Position numbers and translations under genes: made by a program. The notes under the pieces are model-generated. The model was not told the DNA's origin. It saw nothing but the letters and a program-made list of their open reading frames with translations, and made no database searches. Below, piece after piece: positions 55,709-64,000 of a stretch of DNA of 64,000 bases (position 1 is its first letter; each line of letters starts with the position of its first letter). Source of the DNA: a virus; the IMG/VR virus record IMGVR_UViG_3300048113_001121, positions 64,001-128,000 of that record; one strand, given 5' to 3'.

Positions 55709-56158
55709 ATGGATAAAGATATAGATAAAATAGTTGAAATAGGTAAAGTACTTTTAAATACACCAACATTAAGGTCAATATATAAAGATAAATTTGAGAT
55801 TAACTCTATTGATTTTGAATTTGTAGAAAAAACATCTAATAGTCAATTTACGGCACAATACGAACACTATATTTTTAAGGTAACATTATACACAGATATT
55901 TCACTTAATTTTGATGAAGGGATTAGAAGTGGTGAAATCGAAGGTTATGATGAAATAGAAAATGAAATATGGGAATACGGTATTGACCCATTTTATTTGG
56001 CGGATGTTATAATACCTGAGCAAATACTAAATATTATTTTACCTAAGGGTAAGAATGGACCTAAAGTGGCCATTGAATTATCTATAATTGGAGATGAAGG
56101 TCAAGTTATTTGGAATGACCATATGTTTGGTAGACCCGCTAGTTCTCAATTTCACTAA
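55709..56158 (+). CDS. Acidic hypothetical protein
   Basis: ORF track. Confidence 0.65.
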   Translation: MDKDIDKIVEIGKVLLNTPTLRSIYKDKFEINSIDFEFVEKTSNSQFTAQYEHYIFKVTLYTDISLNFDEGIRSGEIEGYDEIENEIWEYGIDPFYLADVIIPEQILNIILPKGKNGPKVAIELSIIGDEGQVIWNDHMFGRPASSQFH

Positions 56159-56781
56159 CTAAAGTTATCGGTTAACCTTTCTTTATCTAAATCAGTTAAA
56201 GAACCCCACCACTCATCATCATCAACTCTAGCTATATTCCACATTTCAGTTTTATCGATTAACCCATTAAACATCAAAGGAAAACTATCTCCGGTTAACT
56301 TATCGACAACTGAACCATTATTTAGTTCTATCCACGCGTCAGGATTTGCCTTAAAATCATTCGCATCCCTATCTAAACTTCTACCCCATTTATCTTCGAA
56401 AGATTGTAAAGTTCTAAATGTGTTTTCGCCAGGTTTCCACTCAGGACCAACAAGTTGTATTGCTATTTGATTTGGTGATATATATTTAGTTAGATTTTCT
56501 AAATTAAATTGTAAGTCCATAGGTTGAGCGTACTTACCGTATCTAAATAGTGGTTCAATCTTCACATCAAATATTTCAGGAAGTATCTCTTTAGCCCTAA
56601 CAATAGCAGTATAATTTTCAGTGTCACCAAAATTAAAGTCCGTAACTTCTTCGCCAGTTTTCTCATCGATAATACTAACCACTTCATATTCACTATCGAA
56701 CCCATAATAGTTCATAGCTAAATTACGACCCACAGTATTGAGTAATTTTTCAAGACTCCACTTAAGTTTATTATCCTCCAT
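56155..56781 (-). CDS. Hypothetical protein
   Basis: ORF track. Confidence 0.65.
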   Translation of the reverse strand: MEDNKLKWSLEKLLNTVGRNLAMNYYGFDSEYEVVSIIDEKTGEEVTDFNFGDTENYTAIVRAKEILPEIFDVKIEPLFRYGKYAQPMDLQFNLENLTKYISPNQIAIQLVGPEWKPGENTFRTLQSFEDKWGRSLDRDANDFKANPDAWIELNNGSVVDKLTGDSFPLMFNGLIDKTEMWNIARVDDDEWWGSLTDLDKERLTDNFS

Positions 56782-56789
56782 AAAGATTT

Positions 56790-57209
56790 TTACTTATTTT
56801 TCTTTTCGGAACTTTGCATCATTTGTTGTAATGCCTCGATATCTCTCTTAAGTTCGTCATCTCTTTCTTGAGAATCTGCTTTATCTTCTATATCTCTCTC
56901 TAAATTACCTATGTCTTTTTTATTCTTTTCAGAATAATCTAAACCTGTTCCATATGCTTTTTGATGTGACCCTGCAGTATCTAAACCTTTTTCTAATCTC
57001 ATTACTCTTTTATGTAATTCTTTAATGGCGTTTCCAACATCACTCATTGACTCTAAATCCTTTAAAACTATTACATCCGATAGATATTCAGGTAAATCAT
57101 AATCGACAACATCTGAAGTGTTACCATATAATCCTTGCTCTTTAATTACGTCTTTGATAACTGTCTTTAGTTGTGATTCAGTTATCACATATTTTTTTTC
57201 TGTTTTCAT
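56790..57209 (-). CDS. Hypothetical protein with VITESQL...IKEQ leader
   Basis: TATTTATA at 57243. Confidence 0.65.
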   Translation of the reverse strand: MKTEKKYVITESQLKTVIKDVIKEQGLYGNTSDVVDYDLPEYLSDVIVLKDLESMSDVGNAIKELHKRVMRLEKGLDTAGSHQKAYGTGLDYSEKNKKDIGNLERDIEDKADSQERDDELKRDIEALQQMMQSSEKKNK

Positions 57210-57287
57210 TACTTAAATATTGATTTAAATTTATTTCTTTATTATAAATATCATAGTTAATTCAAATATTTTTTGTATCTTTGTAAT

Positions 57288-57791
57288 ATGAAAAGAAAAC
57301 TAATAACCATATTACTCAGTATACTAATGTTGAATGTGTATTCACAAACACCATTAGAGTCAAAAGTATTTCAAAAAATTAATGAGTACAGAGTAGAAAA
57401 TGGTCTTCATAAATTAAAATGGGATGATGCAACTTACAAATCCACTGTAGTTCACACTGAATATATGGTTAAGAATAATGAGTTATGTCATACCGAAGAT
57501 AGTGAAACACCTAGTTTTTGGAATCGATTAATGTTATTCCAAGATAACAGTTATATTGTTGGTAATGAAAATGTTTCCACCGTGTCAATAAATGGTATTG
57601 AAGACTCTATAGATAAAATTGCGGATAAAATAGTGTACTCATGGAAAACATCTAAAGGTCACAATCGTGCAATGTTAAATAAAGGTTCGACAGTAGGTGC
57701 TATAAGTTGTGGTGATGGTATTAAAATAAAAGATAACTATACCTTTAAAATAAAATACTCTACTTTTGTACTTTGGAATAATCTACTTTAG
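57288..57791 (+). CDS. Second secreted CAP/SCP-domain protein
   Basis: Signal peptide ending VYSQ; INEYR..NGL..L, H..YM, ENV, WKTS.GH..AML; TATCTTTG at 57276. Confidence 0.85.
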   Translation: MKRKLITILLSILMLNVYSQTPLESKVFQKINEYRVENGLHKLKWDDATYKSTVVHTEYMVKNNELCHTEDSETPSFWNRLMLFQDNSYIVGNENVSTVSINGIEDSIDKIADKIVYSWKTSKGHNRAMLNKGSTVGAISCGDGIKIKDNYTFKIKYSTFVLWNNLL

Positions 57792-57794
57792 TAA

Positions 57795-59108
57795 TTAAAC
57801 CTCTTTAATGGTAATACACGGGTTAAATGTACCCATTGATTTTGAAACTCCAGGTTTAACATCTCCTGACCCTTTACCAAATGGTTCTTTAGGTCCATAT
57901 ACGATTCTCTTCGTAGTTTCACCACTTACTTCTTCATCAATATAAGCACATACCATAGGTGCCTCTCCGTGATATGTCCCACCTGGTCGTTGTGAAGACC
58001 TAGGTCTTAATAAGGTACCTTCAGTTCCTTTAATAGTCATATACACCTTTCCGTTTTTACTTTTAGATACTATCTTTGCTAACTGTTCTTTACTCACTGA
58101 AATCAAACTATAAACTGTATCGCCTTCTTGTTCAGGTGCCCTACGTTCGACATTTTCTTGATTTAAACCAATCATCGCCCCTTTCTCATTTCTTCGCTCA
58201 CCATTATTCATGTTTGAAATACCCACAGGTATTCCATTACAAGAAACTGTAAATGTTGCGTAATCACATTTATGGTTAGTACTACTTCTTTTCATTGTAA
58301 TACCCGTATCCATGGCACTCATATCTTGTTTGAAATATCCAACAATAATTTTAAGTCCTGTGGCACATTCAGTTAATCTAACAATATCGTCTCTATCTAA
58401 TGGTTTTTGCTCTAATTTTATAAAACCGTTAACAATAACATATTGTCCGGGGCCTTTATACTTATTTGAATCTCTTTTCTCATCAGTACAACCACCCGTA
58501 TCAGTAATACGGTATTCTGTTTTCTTTGGAGCCTTCAAATCTTTACCAACACCAAAACCTAAACTTTTACCGTTTTTATTAATATATGAGACCATATTCC
58601 CCCATCTACTATCGGCATAACCTTTATTTTTATTCCAATTACTATCCCCTTCTTTTGGTAGATTCACATATAGTTCTGAAGATAATTTTGACGATTCTAT
58701 CGGTTTACCACGATAATGAGTAGGTTGTAAAGGTCCGTTAAGGTAATTACTTGCAGACCCAATAACGTTATCAACTCTAACAAGTACTAAATCATATTTG
58801 GCATTTAATTGTTTACTCGACAATTCATCCTCAACCTGTTGTTTTAGTTGTAATAGTGCGTCTTGATAAACTTCATCACTTGAACCTGCCGTTGGGAAAT
58901 AAGCTCTTAAATGAAATTTGACTACCGCTGGTACATCACCACCTGTACCAAATTTTCCGTTTTCGTCTTTATATCTTATCTCGGTCTTTATAAATGGGGG
59001 TTTAATTTCATTAGTGCCCGTACATTTATTTGATTCGGCCTGTTCTGAAATTACCTTTTTTACGATATTTTCAATATCTATTTCTGTTAATTTTATTATC
59101 TTTCCCAT
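57795..59108 (-). CDS. Protein with IKLTE...ISEQ leader and degenerate OmpA-C-like segment
   Basis: Leader near-identical to that of 9711-10961; VIGSAS...NKGYADSRW..MVSYI. Confidence 0.55.
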   Translation of the reverse strand: MGKIIKLTEIDIENIVKKVISEQAESNKCTGTNEIKPPFIKTEIRYKDENGKFGTGGDVPAVVKFHLRAYFPTAGSSDEVYQDALLQLKQQVEDELSSKQLNAKYDLVLVRVDNVIGSASNYLNGPLQPTHYRGKPIESSKLSSELYVNLPKEGDSNWNKNKGYADSRWGNMVSYINKNGKSLGFGVGKDLKAPKKTEYRITDTGGCTDEKRDSNKYKGPGQYVIVNGFIKLEQKPLDRDDIVRLTECATGLKIIVGYFKQDMSAMDTGITMKRSSTNHKCDYATFTVSCNGIPVGISNMNNGERRNEKGAMIGLNQENVERRAPEQEGDTVYSLISVSKEQLAKIVSKSKNGKVYMTIKGTEGTLLRPRSSQRPGGTYHGEAPMVCAYIDEEVSGETTKRIVYGPKEPFGKGSGDVKPGVSKSMGTFNPCITIKEV

Positions 59109-59293
59109 TACTTTTTTATTTCATTTGTATTATGTATAGTGACATTACCATAAACATCCTCCACTTCAAATTTATCTGAAACTTCTTCAATGTTAATAAC
59201 TTCTATTTCTCTAATATCTTTCTCTTCGTTTATATTAGTCTTGTTTTGACTCATTTTCTGATTTTTTAGCGAACGCTTTAACTGTTGATACAC
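59108..59293 (-). CDS. Small hypothetical protein
   Basis: ORF track; true start uncertain. Confidence 0.45.
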   Translation of the reverse strand: MYQQLKRSLKNQKMSQNKTNINEEKDIREIEVINIEEVSDKFEVEDVYGNVTIHNTNEIKK

Positions 59294-59477
59294 CTAACAT
59301 AGTCGCCGAAAATATTAACATAGAGTTAAATAAATCCTCATTTATTGTGAACCAATGAAAACCGTCACCAATAAAGGCAATACATACTAAAACACCTGAA
59401 ATAATTCCTAGTGTCTTTTTAGATGAGTATTTATTGTCTTTTTTATCTTCTGTAAAAATATCTTGTATAAATTTCAT
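59235..59477 (-). CDS. Small 2-TM holin-like protein
   Basis: Two TM segments, charged C-terminus; TATTTATA at 59495. Confidence 0.5.
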   Translation of the reverse strand: MKFIQDIFTEDKKDNKYSSKKTLGIISGVLVCIAFIGDGFHWFTINEDLFNSMLIFSATMLGVSTVKAFAKKSENESKQD

Positions 59478-59523
59478 AACTTATAGTGTTTTACTATAAA
59501 TATCCGTTTTTTCATTTAAATTC

Positions 59524-59868
59524 TTACTTCCAAAATAATTGTATACCTATTAGACTACACGCTAAGAATAAAGAAATGATAGTTTTAGTAGTAATACCTT
59601 CACCTAAGAAATACCAAGTTAAAAAAGTAAAAGAAATAATACCTGAACCAAAGGCGATGAACCTACCTGGCCATAACAGTCCGTCAAAGTGTTCAACCAT
59701 GAATCTTGTAGCGTAAATTAACACATAACTTATACTTGAACCCATAAAAATTGAAATTAAGAGTGGGTTTTTCTTAAACCAAGGCCAAACAAACTGACCG
59801 TTGGTCTGAAACCATATTGCCGCTTGTCCAATAAAGAAAAGAATGAAACCTATTAATAATTTATTCAT
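59524..59868 (-). CDS. 4-TM small membrane protein (DMT/SMR-like)
   Basis: Four hydrophobic helices in 114 aa. Confidence 0.6.
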   Translation of the reverse strand: MNKLLIGFILFFIGQAAIWFQTNGQFVWPWFKKNPLLISIFMGSSISYVLIYATRFMVEHFDGLLWPGRFIAFGSGIISFTFLTWYFLGEGITTKTIISLFLACSLIGIQLFWK

Positions 59869-59919
59869 AATTTTTAATTTTATGAGTAAAATAGGTGTTT
59901 TTAGGGTAAATTAAAGGTT

Positions 59920-60558
59920 CTATTTAGTTAATGTTGGTAATTTGCTTACAGCTATGTCTGAATATCGGTCAATTAACCTTTCTATTTCAGAATAATCCCT
60001 AAATCCACTTTCAATATTATTACCTAACCCGTATTTTTTACGAATATACTTAAGTGCCTTGTAAATTTTAGGAAATGTACAACTATCATCATAGGCATCA
60101 AAAATATATGTTGTCATCTCATCTTTAATAAATTTTATAGGGTCCTGATGGTCATCTACCTGTTCAAGAATTTCAATTATTGTTTGGTCCATCCAATCTT
60201 TGGGTACATCCCAATCTGAATTATAATCATATTTAAATTTCATAGTAGGTTTACCCCCATAACCACCGTATTCTATGGTTACTGGATAGTTTTCAAGATT
60301 CCAATCTATCAAATCAATCTTTATATCACATTTTTCTCCATTATATTCATGATATTTGTGTTCCGAATCTAAAATTTCTTGAACTTCCTTCATCATATGT
60401 TGTTTCATATCACTAATTCCGTAATATTTACCTAAAATATCCAAATATTCTTCCATATTTTGAAATTTCCACCCAAAAAATAAACTATCTTTTATTCTTG
60501 GGGTCTCTGTTCGTCCCCAAAATTTCATTAAAACATTAATCTTATCTTTATAATCCAT
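59920..60558 (-). CDS. Hypothetical protein
   Basis: ORF track. Confidence 0.65.
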   Translation of the reverse strand: MDYKDKINVLMKFWGRTETPRIKDSLFFGWKFQNMEEYLDILGKYYGISDMKQHMMKEVQEILDSEHKYHEYNGEKCDIKIDLIDWNLENYPVTIEYGGYGGKPTMKFKYDYNSDWDVPKDWMDQTIIEILEQVDDHQDPIKFIKDEMTTYIFDAYDDSCTFPKIYKALKYIRKKYGLGNNIESGFRDYSEIERLIDRYSDIAVSKLPTLTK

Positions 60559-60561
60559 ATC

Positions 60562-61551
60562 TTAGTCTCTATATGTTGATGTTTCATAATTTACACCTTT
60601 TACCCACCCATAATCAGATAAAATATCTTCAATCTTTTGTTCAAAAATATATGTATCTAACCTATTCCAACCTTGAGTACACTCAGACCTATAACGTGGA
60701 TGTATTTGAACTTCTATGTCTTCTAATTTTTTTCTATATCTAAATACGATAGAATGAACACACGATTTACCTCTAGGTAGATTTTTTATTTCAGGTTTAA
60801 TCTTCTTGTTAACTACATTTTTAACATAACTATCAAAATCTTCAAATAAAACATATGTGGTTTTAACACTTACAGACTTTTGTCTTGCATCATAATTACT
60901 ACTATTCGCATTAACTAATCTGTTCCATATTCTACTTACAAAATCTCTAGTATTCTTGGCTTTTTTTATATTATCACCAGATTCCAATAACTTTTCAAGA
61001 TTTATTATTGGTTGTACATATAAATCCCCCCATCTAATTTCCTTAAAATTTAATTTTAACCAATCGGGGTACATTTTAGGGTTACCTTTTTTATGTATTT
61101 CTAAAAATTTTTCTAATGTTGGTAATAATTCAGTCGCCCTTTCTTCTTTTTGTTTAGCCTTTATTTTGTATACAACAGAATTAACGTGATTTTTTAAATT
61201 TCTAAGATAAATTGCTGATGTTCTTGGTATTTTCTTATCATTATATTGATTTTTACGTCCTTTATAATAGGTGAACAATTCTGTACGGTCATCCTCATCA
61301 TATTCTCTAATAAGAGTTAACGCAGACGCGATAACTAATTCATCATAAATTTTTACTATTTCATCTAAACTTAAATCTTCAATAGTATTGATATTAAATG
61401 ATAAGTTATCAATATTAACAATAGGGTTATTCTCAATACCCGTTAAAGGGTGGTCGTATTCAAAATCACGAGTACTCAATTGAGGGTGGTCCTCATATGG
61501 TACCGCATAACCACTTAAACTATCTATTAACTTATCGTATATTGACATCAT
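60562..61551 (-). CDS. Hypothetical protein (329 aa)
   Basis: TATTTATA at 61555. Confidence 0.7.
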   Translation of the reverse strand: MMSIYDKLIDSLSGYAVPYEDHPQLSTRDFEYDHPLTGIENNPIVNIDNLSFNINTIEDLSLDEIVKIYDELVIASALTLIREYDEDDRTELFTYYKGRKNQYNDKKIPRTSAIYLRNLKNHVNSVVYKIKAKQKEERATELLPTLEKFLEIHKKGNPKMYPDWLKLNFKEIRWGDLYVQPIINLEKLLESGDNIKKAKNTRDFVSRIWNRLVNANSSNYDARQKSVSVKTTYVLFEDFDSYVKNVVNKKIKPEIKNLPRGKSCVHSIVFRYRKKLEDIEVQIHPRYRSECTQGWNRLDTYIFEQKIEDILSDYGWVKGVNYETSTYRD

Positions 61552-61757
61552 ACTTATAAATATTAGTAGTAAGTAAAAAAAAAATACAATAACTTTTTTA
61601 AATCGTTTTTATTTACTACTTTTATAAAAAGAAATTATATGTTAAAAAAAATAAGAGTGTTTTTGAATTACCTAAAATGGTTAGAGGAAAAAAGAATCGA
61701 AGCCGCAATTAAAACAGGTAGCCCGGGGGCTTTAATGTAAATCTAAAAGTAAAAAAG

Positions 61758-62000
61758 ATGAAAGAAATAATAAGAAAGGTTAAATCAATGTTTGTAAAAA
61801 CACCAACCAAACCATTTATATGGCACCCTGAAGATTGGGAAACAGCTAAAAAGTACGCGAAGAGTCAACCCCACCCTGAAAATGATAAAGAATCATTGTG
61901 GGAATATGCCCAAAAATCACCATTAGATGATAGTTCTTATGTCTTATCAAGAATTAATGAATATTTAGAAAAATTAAAAAACCAAAACAAAGATGAGTAA
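61758..62000 (+). CDS. Hypothetical protein
   Basis: ORF track. Confidence 0.6.
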   Translation: MKEIIRKVKSMFVKTPTKPFIWHPEDWETAKKYAKSQPHPENDKESLWEYAQKSPLDDSSYVLSRINEYLEKLKNQNKDE

Positions 62001-62159
62001 AATAGAAGATTTAGTTTATAGTGCACATGATTTAAATAAACGTAAAGAATTATTTAAAAATGTTTCCTTGATTAAAAGTGAAAAACCTAATATGTTATTA
62101 GAAGATGTTTATGAATTGGCGTATCAAAAAACTATTAAAGAAAATAACACCAAAGAGAG

Positions 62160-62414
62160 ATGACTGAAAAAGACTTAATTAGCTTAGATTTTACTCACAA
62201 TGATGAAACAGCTGAGAATAGTGGAGCACCAAATGACTTTCACTACTACACATATGACATAGGTAGTTTCAGTTTAATCTCTCCATCAAGTGACGAGGTT
62301 GAGGAAGATGGGTGGTATGTTGAGGTATTTGAAACTCCGGAGATTAGATTTACTAATCCTACAGAGTTGAGTATTCTATTGACGTTACTAACGAACAATT
62401 ATACAGAAAGATGA
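62160..62414 (+). CDS. Hypothetical protein
   Basis: ORF track. Confidence 0.6.
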   Translation: MTEKDLISLDFTHNDETAENSGAPNDFHYYTYDIGSFSLISPSSDEVEEDGWYVEVFETPEIRFTNPTELSILLTLLTNNYTER

Positions 62415-62490
62415 AAGAAGAAAGAATTTATACAATAATTAATATTCTTACAGTGATTGGATTTTTTACTCTAATGATACTCGGCTCAAA

Positions 62491-62730
62491 ATGACAGAAG
62501 AGCAAATTGATAGAATTATAGAAATGGCTTGGGAGGATAGGACCCCTTTTGAGGCAATAGAATTCCAATTCGGTATCAAAGAAAATGAGGTTCGTAAGAT
62601 AATGAGGAAAGAACTTAAAGAATCTTCATTTAAAATGTGGAGAGAACGAGTTAAAGGTAGAAAAACTAAACACTCCAAAAACAGTGATAGTGTTAGATTT
62701 AAAAGTAAGAACCAAAGAGCAAATAATTAA
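62491..62730 (+). CDS. TIGR03643/DUF2805 family protein
   Basis: DRIIEMAWEDRTPFEAI..QFG..E.EV..IMR..LK.SSF..WR.RV.GR.TKH. Confidence 0.85.
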   Translation: MTEEQIDRIIEMAWEDRTPFEAIEFQFGIKENEVRKIMRKELKESSFKMWRERVKGRKTKHSKNSDSVRFKSKNQRANN

Positions 62731-62735
62731 AAATT

Positions 62736-63017
62736 ATGATTAAAAAGAAATACAAAAAAGAGGATAGAGAACTACTCGACTCAATTAAAGAACTAAACAG
62801 AACTGCGGTTGTTTTAGAAATTAAATTGGTGGGGACATCAAAAGTTAAAGATAATTTAATTTATGAATGTACTTATCTTGATGGTAAAACAGAAAAGACG
62901 GTTTCAATCATCGCACAGGATGTAACTCAAGCGTTGGCTAAATTAGAACAATTTACTAATTCAGGAATCCCTCAATCAGTATTAAAATATATGTTAGGAA
63001 GTGAAAGATACACATAA
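62736..63017 (+). CDS. Hypothetical protein
   Basis: ORF track. Confidence 0.6.
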   Translation: MIKKKYKKEDRELLDSIKELNRTAVVLEIKLVGTSKVKDNLIYECTYLDGKTEKTVSIIAQDVTQALAKLEQFTNSGIPQSVLKYMLGSERYT

Positions 63018-63381
63018 TAAAATATTAGTTAAAGTAATAAGGTGGGGGTTAAGACTACACTCCATATTTCATGTAGTTGAGTTTTTCTCCGCACTTTATG
63101 AAACCGCATACCTCACTGCAGTTATCGCATTTATCGCAACCATAATTGAAATTTTAGCTAGTATATATCTACCTAAGGAGCACGTACACTTTAAAGGTGT
63201 AATTAATGAAGTTCACGAAAATTGTGAAGAAGATGAAAACGAATGGGACGAAGAACATGCATTAGATATGGTACTTAATGATATGATTAAAGATATTGAT
63301 GAGGATGAATTAGATATACCAAATAAGCGTATTCTAACATATAGAAGGAGAGATGTCGGTGAAAATTCAAAAACTGATTAA
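63001..63381 (+). CDS. Membrane protein with acidic tail
   Basis: Two hydrophobic segments. Confidence 0.6.
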   Translation: MKDTHNKILVKVIRWGLRLHSIFHVVEFFSALYETAYLTAVIAFIATIIEILASIYLPKEHVHFKGVINEVHENCEEDENEWDEEHALDMVLNDMIKDIDEDELDIPNKRILTYRRRDVGENSKTD

Positions 63382-63539
63382 ATAAAAAAAACCCAACATT
63401 TGTTGGGTTTTTTTATTCTACTTTTTCTTTATTATTTTACTGATGAGGTATTCACCTAAATGCCAACCTATACTTCCTCCGAGTGTAAGACCGAAACCTC
63501 CGATAAACACTCCAATAAATAATTCTATTAAAAACATAA

Positions 63540-63812
63540 TTATCTGATTTGTACTTTTTGAAATAATCCTTCCATTATTTCTTCAATTGCTCCCATAACA
63601 TTATATTGGTCATCACCCCAATTATGTTTATGATTTTCAATTATCTTATCCATACTTTTTCTTATGTCCATTTCTAATACTTGCCACTTATCTTTTGGTA
63701 GTTCTTCTTCCCACCAATTTTCAGACAAGTTTACTTTTTTAGTGGACACACTTTCATGTAACCCTAAGATTCTATTTTTTTCAGATTCATTTATGTTAAA
63801 TAAATCTTTCAT
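63540..63812 (-). CDS. Hypothetical protein with NINESEKNRILGLHE leader
   Basis: ORF track. Confidence 0.65.
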   Translation of the reverse strand: MKDLFNINESEKNRILGLHESVSTKKVNLSENWWEEELPKDKWQVLEMDIRKSMDKIIENHKHNWGDDQYNVMGAIEEIMEGLFQKVQIR

Positions 63813-63814
63813 AT

Positions 63815-64000
63815 TTACTCCTCGTCTTGATTAAGGTCCATATTCTGAAGTTCACCTTTAATATCTCTTTTGTATAAGTTAGAAATATCTCTAAGTTTTT
63901 GGATGTAACCACCGAAGTTGTCAGCAACTAACTCATCACGTTCTAGTCCACGTACAAAGTCGTTTATCTTTTTTACAAAATCATCGTTATATGAAAGTAC
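63815..64000 (-). CDS. Partial CDS entering from the right window edge
   Basis: Open frame ...VLSYNDDFVKKIND...DLNQDEE* hand-translated. Confidence 0.7.
   Translation of the reverse strand, partial: VLSYNDDFVKKINDFVRGLERDELVADNFGGYIQKLRDISNLYKRDIKGELQNMDLNQDEE

Noticed and set aside
2306-61562. TATAAATA as genuine T4-type late promoters
   Set aside because: The 8-mer is consistently antisense to the adjacent gene start, so the functional orientation appears to be TATTTAT(A/T).
1-64000. Stop-codon reassignment (alternative genetic code)
   Set aside because: Recognisable genes (ClpC, ClpP, MgsA, SlyD, GT17) are full length under the standard code, coding density is high and no suppressor tRNA is seen.

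Overview
64-kb internal segment of a large, strongly AT-rich dsDNA bacteriophage genome, very probably infecting a Bacteroidota (Flavobacteria-like) host. The host call rests on TAnnTTTG promoter boxes, A-rich starts without Shine-Dalgarno sites, a type IX secretion C-terminal domain and a Gly-initiated tmRNA tag. No terminase, major capsid, polymerase, integrase or CRISPR array is visible. Two gene classes are interleaved. (i) Mostly + strand host-like genes, often behind TAnnTTTG boxes: ClpC-like ATPase, ClpP, M20/M28 peptidase, CAP proteins, 2OG-Fe(II) oxygenases, GT17, SlyD, CysC-like kinase, MgsA, DenV-like glycosylase, NucA-like nuclease, tmRNA and a tRNA array. (ii) Mostly - strand unknown genes preceded by a sense-strand TATTTAT(A/T) box; many share N-terminal I/L-x-E leaders, suggesting head-packaged, protease-matured proteins. 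The most striking locus is 36.9-39.2 kb: promoter, then a 23-aa leader ORF rich in the codons read by the downstream tRNAs, then a terminator with a competing helix, then a boxA-like site and a tRNA array. That array also holds a tRNA-like RNA with a possible 35-nt intron at position 37/38, a tRNA 5' half fused to a ~190-nt structured domain, and several closed structured spacer RNAs. All calls come from motif recognition by eye; no database searches or folding programs were run.
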